Assembly (NCBI RefSeq): GCF_009914755.1
Contig: NC_060925.1
Direction: 5' to 3' (one strand)
Length of the DNA stretch: 64,000 nucleotides
Source: the human T2T-CHM13v2.0 reference genome, Homo sapiens
A model generated the notes under the pieces. It made no database searches. It was not told the DNA's origin and saw only the letters and a list, made by a program, of their open reading frames with translations. A program made the translations under genes and the position numbers. How positions within the stretch are numbered: the stretch's first letter is position 1; every line of letters starts with the position of its first letter. Of this stretch, positions 38,301-51,000 are shown piece by piece.

Positions 38301-41300
38301 TATGAAAAGAAAGGTTAAACTCTGTGAGTTGAACACACACATCACAAAGGAGTTTCTGAGAATCATTCTGTCTAGTTTTTCTACGAAGATATTTCCTTTT
38401 CTACTATTGACCTCAAAGCGGCTGAAATCTCCACTTGCAAATTCCACAAAAAGAGTGTTTCAAGTCTGCTCTGTGTAAAGAATCGTTCAACTCTGTGAGT
38501 TGAATACACACAACACAAGGAAGTTACTGAGAATTCTTCTGTCTAGCAGAATATGAAGAAATCCCGTTTCCAACGAAGGCCTCAAGGAGGTCTGAATATC
38601 CACTTGCAGACTTTACAAACAGAGTGTTTCCTAACTGCTCTATGAACAGAAAGGTTAAACTCTGTGAGTTGAACGCACACATCACAAAGGAGTTTCTGAG
38701 AATCATTCTGTCTAGTCTTTATACGAAGATATTTACTTTTCTACCATTGACCTCAAAGCGGCTGAAATCTCCACTTGCAAATTCCACAAAAAGAGTGTTT
38801 CAAGTCTGCTCTGTGTAAAGGATCCTTCAACTCTGTGAGTTGAATACACACAACACAAGGAAGTTACTGAGAATTCTTCTGTCTAGCAGAATATGAAGAA
38901 ATCCCGTTTCCAACGAAGGCCTCAAAGAGGTCTGCATATCCACTTGCAGACTTTACAAACAGAGTGTTTCCTAACTGCTCTATGAGAAGAAAAGTTAAAC
39001 TCTGTGAGTTGAACGCACACATCACAAAAGATTTTCTGAGAATCATTCTGTCTAGTCTTTATATGAAGATAGTTTCCTTTTCTACCATTGACCTCAAAGC
39101 GGCTGAAATCTCCACTTGCAAATTCCACAAAAAGAGTGTTTCAAGTCTGCTCTGTGTAAAGGATCGTTCAACTCTGTGAGTTGAATACACACAACACAAG
39201 GAAGTTACTGAGAATTCTTCTGTCTAGCAGAATATGAAGAAATCCCGTTTCCAACGAAGGCCACAAGATGTCAGAATATCCACTTACAGACTTTACAAAC
39301 AGAGTGTTTCCTAACTGCTCTATGAACAGAAAGGTTAAACTCTGTGAGTTGAACGAACACATCACAACGCAGTTTGTGGGAATGATTCTGTCTAGTTTTG
39401 AAACGAAGATATTTCCTTTTCTGCCGTTGACCTTAAAGAGCTTGAAAACTACACTTGCAAATTGCACAAATAGAGTGTTTCAAATCTGCTCTGTCTAAGG
39501 GAACGTTCAACTCTGTGAGTTGAATGCACACAACACAAGGAAGTTACTGGGAATTCTTCTGTCTAGCCTTACATGAAAAAAACCCGTTTCCAACGAAGGC
39601 CTCTAAGTGGTCAAAATATCCACGTGCAGACTTTACAAACAGAGTGTTTCCAAACCGCTGAATGAAAAGAAAAGTTAAACTCTGAGAGTTGAACGCACAC
39701 ATCACGCAGCAGTTTCTGAGAATGATTCTGTCTAGTTTTTATACGAAGATATTTCCTTTTCTGCCTTTGGCCCCAAAGCGCTTGAAATCTCCACTTGCAA
39801 ATTCCACAAAAACAGTGTTTCAAATCTGCTCTCTCTAAATGAAAGTTCAACTCTGTGAGTTGAATACACACAACACAAGGAAGTTACTGAGAATTCTTCT
39901 GTCTAGCATAATATGAAGAAATCCCGTTTCCAACGAAGGCCTCAAAGGGGTCTGAATATCCACTTGCAGACTTTATAAACAGAGTGTTTACTAACTGCTC
40001 TATGAAAAGAAAGGTTAAACTCTGTGAGTTGAACACACACATCACAAAGGAGTTTCTGAGAATCATTCTGTCTAGTTTTTCTACGAAGATATTTCCTTTT
40101 CTACTATTGACCTCAAAGCGGCTGAAATCTCCACTTGCAAATTCCACAAAAAGAGAGTTTCAAGTCTGCTCTGTGTAAAGGATCGTTCAACTCTGTGAGT
40201 TGAATACACACAACACAAGGAAGTTACTGAGAATTCTTCTGTCTAGCAGAATATGAAGAAATCCCGTTTCCAACGAAGGCCTCAAAGAGGTCTGAATATC
40301 CACTTGCAGACTTTACAAACAGAGTGTTTCCTAACTGCTCTATGAAAAGAAAGGTTAAACTCTGTGAGTTGAACGCACACATCACAAAGGAGTTTCTGAG
40401 AATCGTTCTGTCTAGTTTCTATAGGAAGATATTTCCTATTCTACCATTGACCTCAAAGCGGCTGAAATCTCCACTTGCAAATTCCACAAAAAGAATGTTT
40501 CAAGTCTACTCTGTGTAAAGGATCGTTCAACTCTGTGAGTTGAATACACACAACACAAGGAAGTTACTGAGAATTCTTCTGTCTAGCATAATATGAAGAA
40601 ATCCCGTTTCCAACGAAGGCCTCAAAGAGGTCTGAATATCCACTTGCAGACTTTACAAACAGAGTGTTTCCTAACTGCTCTATGAAAAGAAAAGTTAAAC
40701 TCTTTGAGTTGAACGCACACATCACAAAGGAGTTTCTGAGAATCATTCTGTCTAGTCTTTATACGAAGATATTTCCTTTTCTACCATTGACCTCAAAGCG
40801 GCTGAAATCTCCACTTGCAAATTCCACAAAAAGAGTGTTTCAATTCTGCTCTGTGTAAAGGATCGTTCAACTCTGTGAGTTGAATACACACAACACAAGG
40901 AAGTTACTGAGAATTCTTCTGTCTAGCAGAATATGAAGAAATCCCGTTTCCAACGAAGGCCTCAAGGAGGTCTGAATATCCACTTGCAGACTTTACAAAC
41001 AGAGTGTTTCCTAACTGCTCTATGAACAGAAAGGTTAAACTCTGTGAGTTGAACGCACACATCACAAAGGAGTTTCTGAGGATCATTCTGTCTAGTCTTT
41101 ATACGAAGATATTTACTTTTCTACCATTGACCTCAAAGCGGCTGAAATCTCCACTTGCAAATTCCACAAAAAGAGTGTTTCAAGTCTGCTCTGTGTAAAG
41201 GATCATTCAACTCTGTGAGTTGAATAAACACAACACAAGGAAGTTACTGAGAATTCTTCTGTCTAGCAGAATATGAAGAAATCCCGTTTCCAACGAAGGC

Positions 41301-44300
41301 CTCAAGGAGGTCTGAATATCCACTTGCAGACTTTACAAACAGAGTGTTTCCTAACTGCTCTATGAACAGAAAGGTTAAACTCTGTGAGTTGAACGCACAC
41401 ATCACAAAGGAGTTCATGAGAATCATTTTGTCTAGGTTCTGTAAGAAGACATTTCCTATTCTACCATTGACCTCAAAGCGGCTGAAATCTCCACTTGCAA
41501 ATTCGACAAAAAGAGTGTTTCAAGCCTGCTCTCTGTAAAGGATCCTTCAACTCTGTGAGTTGAATACACACAACACAAGGAAGTTACTGAGAATTATTCT
41601 GTCTAGCATAATATGAAGAAATCCCGTTCCCAACGAAGGCCTCAAAGAGGTCTGAATATCCACTTGCACACTTTACAAACAGAGTGTTTCCTAACTGCTC
41701 TATGAGAAGAAAAGTTAAACTCTGTGAGTTGAACGCACACATCACAAAAGATTTTCTGAGAATCATTCTGTCTAGTCTTTATATGAAGATAGTTTCCTTT
41801 TCTACCATTGACCTCTAAGCGGCTGAAATCTCCACTTGCAAATTCCACAAAAAGAGTGTTTCAAGTCTGCTCTGTGTAAAGGATCGTTCAACTCTGTGAG
41901 TTGAATACACACAACACAAGGAAGTTACTGAGAATTCTTCTGTCTAGCAGAATATGAAGAAATCCCGTTTCCAACGAAGGCCACAAGATGTCAGAATATC
42001 CACTTACAGACTTTACAAACAGAGTGTTTCCTAACTGCTCTATGAACAGAAAGGTTAAACTCTGTGAGTTGAACGAACACATCACAACGCAGTTTGTGGG
42101 AATGATTCTGTCTAGTTTTGAAACGGAGATATTTCCTTTTCTGCCGTTGACCTTAAAGCGCTTGAAATCTACACTTGCAAATTGCACAAATAGAGTGTTT
42201 CAAATCTGCTCTGTCTAAGGGAACGTTCAACTCTGTGAGTTGAATGCACACAACACAAGGAAGTTACTGGGAATTCTTCTGTCTAGCCTTACATGAAAAA
42301 AACCCGTTTCCAACGAAGGCCTCTAAGTGGTCAAAATTTCCACGTGCAGACTTTACAAACAGAGTGTTTCCAAACCGCTGAATGAAAAGAAAAGTTAAAC
42401 TCTGAGAGTTGAACGCACACATCACGCAGCAGTTTCTGAGAATGATTCTGTCTAGTTTTTATACGAAGATATTTCCTTTTCTGCCTTTGGCCCCAAAGCG
42501 CTTGAAATCTCCACTTGCAAATTCCACAAAAACAGTGTTTCAAATCTGCTCTCTCTAAATGAAAGTTCAACTCTGTCAGTTGAATACACACAACACAAGG
42601 AAGTTACTGAGAATTCTTCTGTCTAGCATAATATGAAGAAATCCCGTTTCCAACGAAGGCCTCAAAGGGGTCTGAATATCCACTTGCAGACTTTATAAAC
42701 AGAGTGTTTACTAACTGCTCTATGAAAAGAAAGGTTAAACTCTGTGAGTTGAACACACACATCACAAAGGAGTTTCTGAGAATCATTCTGTCTAGTTTTT
42801 CTACGAAGATATTTCCTTTTCTACTATTGACCTCAAAGCGGCTGAAATCTCCACTTGCAAATTCCACAAAAAGAGTGTTTCAAGTCTGCTCTGTGTAAAG
42901 GATCGTTCAACTCTGTGAGTTGAATACACACAACACAAGGAAGTTACTGAGAATTCTTCTGTCTAGCAGAATATGAAGAAATCCCGTTTCCAACGAAGGC
43001 CTCAAAGAGGTCTGAATATCCACTTGCAGACTTTACAAACAGAGTGTTTCCTAACTGCTCTATGAAAAGAAAGGTTAAACTCTGTGAGTTGAACGCACAC
43101 ATCACAAAGGAGTTTCTGAGAATCGTTCTGTCTAGTTTCTATAGGAAGATATTTCCTATTCTACCATTGACCTCAAAGCGGCTGAAATCTCCACTTGCAA
43201 ATTCCACAAAAAGAATGTTTCAAGTCTGCTCTGTGTAAACGATCGTTCAACTCTGTGAGTTGAATACACACAACACAAGGAAGTTACTGAGAATTCTTCT
43301 GTCTAGCATAATATGAAGAAATCCCGTTTCCAACGAAGGCCTCAAAGAGGTCTGAATATCCACTTGCAGACTTTACAAACAGAGTGTTTCCTAACTGCTC
43401 TATGAAAAGAAAAGTTAAACTCTGTGATTTGAACGCACACATCACAAAGGAGTTTCTGAGAATCATTCTGTCTGGTCTTTATACGAAGATATTTCCTTTT
43501 CTACCATTGACCTCAAAGCGGCTGAAATCTCCACTTGCAAATTCCACAAAAAGAGTGTTTCAAGTCTGCTCTGTGTAAAGGATCGTTCAACTCTGTGAGT
43601 TGAATACACACAACACAAGGAAGTTACTGAGAATTCTTCTGTCTAGCAGAATATGAAGAAATCCCGTTTCCAACGAAGGCCTCAAGGAGGTCTGAATATC
43701 CACTTGCAGACTTTACAAACAGAGTGTTTCCTAACTGCTCTATGAACAGAAAGGTTAAACTCTGTGAGTTGAACGCACACATCACAAAGGAGTTTCTGAG
43801 AATCATTCTGTCTAGTCTTTATACGAAGATATTTACTTTTCTACCATTGACCTCAAAGCGGCTGAAATCTCCACTTGCAAATTCCACAAAAAGAGTGTTT
43901 CAAGTCTGCTCTGTGTAAAGGATCATTCAACTCTGTGAGTTGAATAAACACAACACAAGGAAGTTACTGAGAATTCTTCTGTCTAGCAGAATATGAAGAA
44001 ATCCCGTTTCCAACGAAGGCCTCAAGGAGGTCTGAATATCCACTTGCAGACTTTACAAACAGAGTGTTTCCTAACTGCTCTATGAACAGAAAGGTTAAAC
44101 TCTGTGAGTTGAACGCACACATCACAAAGGAGTTCATGAGAATCATTTTGTCTAGGTTCTGTAAGAAGATATTTCCTATTCTACCATTGACCTCAAAGCG
44201 GCTGAAATCTCCACTTGCAAATTCGACAAAAAGAGTGTTTCAAGCCTGCTCTCTGTAAAGGATCCTTCAACTCTGTGAGTTGAATACACACAACACAAGG

Positions 44301-44736
44301 AAGTTACTGAGAATTATTCTGTCTAGCATAATATGAAGAAATCCCGTTTCCAACGAAGGCCTCAAAGAGGTCTGAATATCCACTTGCACACTTTACAAAC
44401 AGAGTGTTTCCTAACTGCTCTATGAGAAGAAAAGTTAAACTCTGTGAGTTGAACGCACACATCACAAAAGATTTTCTGAGAATCATTCTGTCTAGTCTTT
44501 ATATGAAGATAGTTTCCTTTTCTACCATTGACCTCTAAGCGGCTGAAATCTCCACTTGCAAATTCCACAAAAAGAGTGTTTCAAGTCTGCTCTGTGTAAA
44601 GGATCGTTCAACTCTGTGAGTTGAATACACACAACACAAGGAAGTTACTGAGAATTCTTCTGTCTAGCAGAATATGAAGAAATCCCGTTTCCAACGAAGG
44701 CCACAAGATGTCAGAATATCCACTTACAGACTTTAC
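23659..44736. repeat. 10,539 bp (62-monomer) tandem duplication: about 23659-34197 and about 34198-44736
   Basis: Private SNVs and ORF variants recur at exactly +10539, e.g. gaaaagaagaaattt 23766/34305, cccgttccc 31090/41629, and ORFs 27023/37562, 28629/39168 and 31349/41888. Confidence 0.93.
31001..33720 (-). repeat. Canonical 2720 bp 16-mer HOR copy
   Basis: GGATCC at 31001 and 33721, with A-H dimer order. Confidence 0.9.
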
Positions 44737-46979
44737 AAACAGAGTGTTTCCTAACTGCTCTATGAACAGAAAGGTTAAACTCTGTGAGTTGAACGAACAC
44801 ATCACAACGCAGTTTGTGGGAATGATTCTGTCTAGTTTTGAAACGAAGATATTTCCTTTTCTGCCGTTGACCTTAAAGCGCTTGAAATCTACACTTGCAA
44901 ATTGCACAAATAGAGTGTTTCAAATCTGCTCTGTCTAAGGGAACGTTCAACTCTGTGAGTTGAATGCACACAACACAAGGAAGTTACTGGGAATTCTTCT
45001 GTCTAGCCTTACATGAAAAAAACCCGTTTCCAACGAAGGCCTCTAAGTGGTCAAAATTTCCACGTGCAGACTTTACAAACAGAGTGTTTCCAAACCGCTG
45101 AATGAAAAGAAAAGTTAAACTCTGAGAGTTGAACGCACACATCACGCAGCAGTTTCTGAGAATGATTCTGTCTAGTTTTTATACGAAGATATTTCCTTTT
45201 CTGCCTTTGGCCCCAAAGCGCTTGAAATCTCCACTTGCAAATTCCACAAAAACAGTGTTTCAAATCTGCTCTCTCTAAATGAAAGTTCAACTCTGTCAGT
45301 TGAATACACACAACACAAGGAAGTTACTGAGAATTCTTCTGTCTAGCATAATATGAAGAAATCCCGTTTCCAACGAAGGCCTCAAAGGGGTCTGAATATC
45401 CACTTGCAGACTTTATAAACAGAGTGTTTACTAACTGCTCTATGAAAAGAAAGGTTAAACTCTGTGAGTTGAACACACACATCACAAAGGAGTTTCTGAG
45501 AATCATTCTGTCTAGTTTTTCTACGAAGATATTTCCTTTTCTACTATTGACCTCAAAGCGGCTGAAATCTCCACTTGCAAATTCCACAAAAAGAGTGTTT
45601 CAAGTCTGCTCTGTGTAAAGGATCGTTCAACTCTGTGAGTTGAATACACACAACACAAGGAAGTTACTGAGAATTCTTCTGTCTAGCAGAATATGAAGAA
45701 ATCCCGTTTCCAACGAAGGCCTCAAAGAGGTCTGAATATCCACTTGCAGACTTTACAAACAGAGTGTTTCCTAACTGCTCTATGAAAAGAAAGGTTAAAC
45801 TCTGTGAGTTGAACGCACACATCACAAAGGAGTTTCTGAGAATCGTTCTGTCTAGTTTCTATAGGAAGATATTTCCTATTCTACCATTGACCTCAAAGCG
45901 GCTGAAATCTCCACTTGCAAATTCCACAAAAAGAATGTTTCAAGTCTGCTCTGTGTAAACGATCGTTCAACTCTGTGAGTTGAATACACACAACACAAGG
46001 AAGTTACTGAGAATTCTTCTGTCTAGCATAATATGAAGAAATCCCGTTTCCAACGAAGGCCTCAAAGAGGTCTGAATATCCACTTGCAGACTTTACAAAC
46101 AGAGTGTTTCCTAACTGCTCTATGAAAAGAAAAGTTAAACTCTGTGATTTGAACGCACACATCACAAAGGAGTTTCTGAGAATCATTCTGTCTGGTCTTT
46201 ATACGAAGATATTTCCTTTTCTACCATTGACCTCAAAGCGGCTGAAATCTCCACTTGCAAATTCCACAAAAAGAGTGTTTCAAGTCTGCTCTGTGTAAAG
46301 GATCGTTCAACTCTGTGAGTTGAATACACACAACACAAGGAAGTTACTGAGAATTCTTCTGTCTAGCAGAATATGAAGAAATCCCGTTTCCAACGAAGGC
46401 CTCAAGGAGGTCTGAATATCCACTTGCAGACTTTACAAACAGAGTGTTTCCTAACTGCTCTATGAACAGAAAGGTTAAACTCTGTGAGTTGAACGCACAC
46501 ATCACAAAGGAGTTTCTGAGAATCATTCTGTCTAGTCTTTATACGAAGATATTTACTTTTCTACCATTGACCTCAAAGCGGCTGAAATCTCCACTTGCAA
46601 ATTCCACAAAAAGAGTGTTTCAAGTCTGCTCTGTGTAAAGGATCATTCAACTCTGTGAGTTGAATAAACACAACACAAGGAAGTTACTGAGAATTCTTCT
46701 GTCTAGCAGAATATGAAGAAATCCCGTTTCCAACGAAGGCCTCAAGGAGGTCTGAATATCCACTTGCAGACTTTACAAACAGAGTGTTTCCTAACTGCTC
46801 TATGAACAGAAAGGTTAAACTCTGTGAGTTGAACGCACACATCACAAAGGAGTTCATGAGAATCATTTTGTCTAGGTTCTGTAAGAAGATATTTCCTATT
46901 CTACCATTGACCTCAAAGCGGCTGAAATCTCCACTTGCAAATTCGACAAAAAGAGTGTTTCAAGCCTGCTCTCTGTAAA
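41540..46979 (-). repeat. Two consecutive canonical 16-monomer (2720 bp) HOR copies, BamHI to BamHI
   Basis: GGATCC starts at 41540, 44260 and 46980, exactly 2720 apart. Dimer order: A (gatagtttcc, +1 bp), B (gccacaagatgtcag, -1 bp), C (gccttacatgaaaaaaacccg), D (aaaggggtctg), E (aatcgttctg), F (tgtgatttgaac), G (atttactttt), H (ttcatgag...attcgac). Confidence 0.93.
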
Positions 46980-48030
46980 GGATCCTTCAACTCTGTGAGT
47001 TGAATACACACAACACTAGGAAGTTACTGAGAATTATTCTGTCTAGCATAATATGAAGAAATCCCGTTTCCAACGAAGGCCTCAAAGAGGTCTGAATATC
47101 CACTTGCACACTTTACAAACAGAGTGTTTCCTAACTGCTCTATGAGAAGAAAAGTTAAACTCTGTGAGTTGAACGCACACATCACAAAAGATTTTCTGAG
47201 AATCATTCTGTCTAGTCTTTATATGAAGATAGTTTCCTTTTCTACCATTGACCTCTAAGCGGCTGAAATCTCCACTTGCAAATTCCACAAAAAGAGTGTT
47301 TCAAGTCTGCTCTGTGTAAAGGATCGTTCAACTCTGTGAGTTGAATACACACAACACAAGGAAGTTACTGAGAATTCTTCTGTCTAGCAGAATATGAAGA
47401 AATCCCGTTTCCAACGAAGGCCACAAGATGTCAGAATATCCACTTACAGACTTTACAAACAGAGTGTTTCCTAACTGCTCTATGAACAGAAAGGTTAAAC
47501 TCTGTGAGTTGAACGAACACATCACAACGCAGTTTGTGGGAATGATTCTGTCTAGTTTTGAAACGAAGATATTTCCTTTTCTGCCGTTGACCTTAAAGAG
47601 CTTGAAATCTACACTTGCAAATTGCACAAATAGAGTGTTTCAAATCTGCTCTGTCTAAGGGAACGTTCAACTCTGTGAGTTGAATGCACACAACACAAGG
47701 AAGTTACTGGGAATTCTTCTGTCTAGCCTTACATGAAAAAAACCCGTTTCCAACGAAGGCCTCTAAGTGGTCAAAATTTCCACGTGCAGACTTTACAAAC
47801 AGAGTGTTTCCAAACCGCTGAATGAAAAGAAAAGTTAAACTCTGAGAGTTGAACGCACACATCACGCAGCAGTTTCTGAGAATGATTCTGTCTAGTTTTT
47901 ATACGAAGATATTTCCTTTTCTGCCTTTGGCCCCAAAGCGCTTGAAATCTCCACTTGCAAATTCCACAAAAACAGTGTTTCAAATCTGCTCTCTCTAAAT
48001 GAAAGTTCAACTCTGTCAGTTGAATACACA

Positions 48031-51000
48031 CAACACAAGGAAGTTACTGAGAATTCTTCTGTCTAGCATAATATGAAGAAATCCCGTTTCCAACGAAGGC
48101 CTCAAAGGGGTCTGAATATCCACTTGCAGACTTTATAAACAGAGTGTTTACTAACTGCTCTATGAAAAGAAAGGTTAAACTCTGTGAGTTGAACACACAC
48201 ATCACAAAGGAGTTTCTGAGAATCATTCTGTCTAGTTTTTCTACGAAGATATTTCCTTTTCTACTATTGACCTCAAAGCGGCTGAAATCTCCACTTGCAA
48301 ATTCGACAAAAAGAGTGTTTCAAGCCTGCTCTCTGTAAAGGATCCTTCAACTCTGTGAGTTGAATACACACAACACAAGGAAGTTACTGAGAATTATTCT
48401 GTCTAGCATAATATGAAGAAATCCCGTTTCCAACGAAGGCCTCAAAGAGGTCTGAATATCCACTTGCAGACTTTACAAACAGAGTGTTTCCTAACTGCTC
48501 TATGAACAGAAAGGTTAAACTCTGTGAGTTGAACGCACACATCACAAAGGAGTTTATGAGAATCATTCTGTCTAGTTTCTATAGGAAGATATTTCCTATT
48601 CTACCATTGACCTCAAAGCGGCTGAAATCTCCACTTGCAAATTCCACAAAAAGAGTGTTTCAAGTCTGCTCTCTGTAAAGGATCGTTCAACTCTGTGAGT
48701 TGAATACACACAACACAAGGAAGTTTCTGAGAAATATTCTGTCTAGCAGAATATGAAGAAATCCCGTTTCCAACGAAGGCCTCAAAGAGGTCTGAATATC
48801 CACTTGCAGACTTTACAAACAGAGTGTTTCCTAACTGCTCTATGAACAGAAAGGTTAAACTCTGTGAGTTGAACGCACACATCACAAAGGAGTTTATGAG
48901 AATCATTCTGTCTAGTTTCTATAAGAAGATACTTCCTATTCTACCATTGACCTGAAAGCGGCTGAAATCTCCACTTGCAAATTCGACAAAAAGAGTGTTT
49001 CAAGCCTGCTCTCTGTAAAGGATCCTTCAACTCTGTGAGTTGAATACACACAACACAAGGAAGTTACTGAGAATTCTTCTGTCTAGCATAATATGAAGAA
49101 ATCCCGTTTCCAACGAAGGCCTCAAAGGGGTCTGAATATCCACTTGCAGACTTTATAAACAGAGTGTTTACTAACTGCTCTATGAAAAGAAAGGTTAAAC
49201 TCTGTGAGTTGAACACACACATCACAAAGGAGTTTCTGAGAATCATTCTGTCTAGTTTTTCTACGAAGATATTTCCTTTTCTACTATTGACCTCAAAGCG
49301 GCTGAAATCTCCACTTGCAAATTCCACAAAAAGAGTGTTTCAAGTCTGCTCTGTGTAAAGGATCGTTCAACTCTGTGAGTTGAATACACACAACACAAGG
49401 AAGTTACTGAGAATTATTCTGTCTAGCAGAATATGAAGAAATCCCGTTTCCAACGAAGGCCTCAAAGAGGTCTGAATATCCACTTGCAGACTTTACAAAC
49501 AGAGTGTTTCCTAACTGCTCTATGAAAAGAAAGGTTAAACTCTGTGAGTTGAACGCACACATCACAAAGGAGTTTCTGAGAATCGTTCTGTCTAGTTTCT
49601 ATAGGAAGATATTTCCTATTCTACCATTGACCTCAAAGCGGCTGAAATCTCCACTTGCAAATTCCACAAAAAGAATGTTTCAAGTCTGCTCTGTGTAAAC
49701 GATCGTTCAACTCTGTGAGTTGAATACACACAACACAAGGAAGTTACTGAGAATTCTTCTGTCTAGCATAATATGAAGAAATCCCGTTTCCAACGAAGGC
49801 CTCAAAGAGGTCTGAATATCCACTTGCAGACTTTACAAACAGAGTGTTTCCTAACTGCTCTATGAAAAGAAAAGTTAAACTCTGTGATTTGAACGCACAC
49901 ATCACAAAGGAGTTTCTGAGAATCATTCTGTCTGGTCTTTATACGAAGATATTTCCTTTTCTACCATTGACCTCAAAGCGGCTGAAATCTCCACTTGCAA
50001 ATTCCACAAAAAGAGTGTTTCAAGTCTGCTCTGTGTAAAGGATCGTTCAACTCTGTGAGTTGAATACACACAACACAAGGAAGTTACTGAGAATTCTTCT
50101 GTCTAGCAGAATATGAAGAAATCCCGTTTCCAACGAAGGCCTCAAGGAGGTCTGAATATCCACTTGCAGACTTTACAAACAGAGTGTTTCCTAACTGCTC
50201 TATGAACAGAAAGGTTAAACTCTGTGAGTTGAACGCACACATCACAAAGGAGTTTCTGAGAATCATTCTGTCTAGTCTTTATACGAAGATATTTACTTTT
50301 CTACCATTGACCTCAAAGCGGCTGAAATCTCCACTTGCAAATTCCACAAAAAGAGTGTTTCAAGTCTGCTCTGTGTAAAGGATCATTCAACTCTGTGAGT
50401 TGAATAAACACAACACAAGGAAGTTACTGAGAATTCTTCTGTCTAGCAGAATATGAAGAAATCCCGTTTCCAACGAAGGCCTCAAGGAGGTCTGAATATC
50501 CACTTGCAGACTTTACAAACAGAGTGTTTCCTAACTGCTCTATGAACAGAAAGGTTAAACTCTGTGAGTTGAACGCACACATCACAAAGGAGTTCATGAG
50601 AATCATTTTGTCTAGGTTCTGTAAGAAGATATTTCCTATTCTACCATTGACCTCAAAGCGGCTGAAATCTCCACTTGCAAATTCCACAAAAAGAGTGTTT
50701 CAAGTCTGCTCTGTGTAAAGGATCGTTCAACTCTGTGAGTTGAATACACACAACACAAGGAAGTTACTGAGAATTCTTCTGTCTAGCAGAATAGGAAGAA
50801 ATCCCGTTTCCAACGAAGGCCACAAGATGTCAGAATATCCACTTACAGACTTTACAAACAGAGTGTTTCCTAACTGCTCTATGAACAGAAAGGTTAAACT
50901 CTGTGAGTTGAACGAACACATCACAACGCAGTTTGTGGGAATGATTCTGTCTAGTTTTGAAACGAAGATATTTCCTTTTCTGCCGTTGACCTTAAAGCGC

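Noticed and set aside
42130-46980. Extending the +12578 duplication leftwards over two more 16-mers
   Set aside because: The register matches, but the partner region has its own variants (~54741, ~56152, ~56894, ~57726, ~58254) and I saw no shared private marker, so the similarity may just reflect the common young haplotype.
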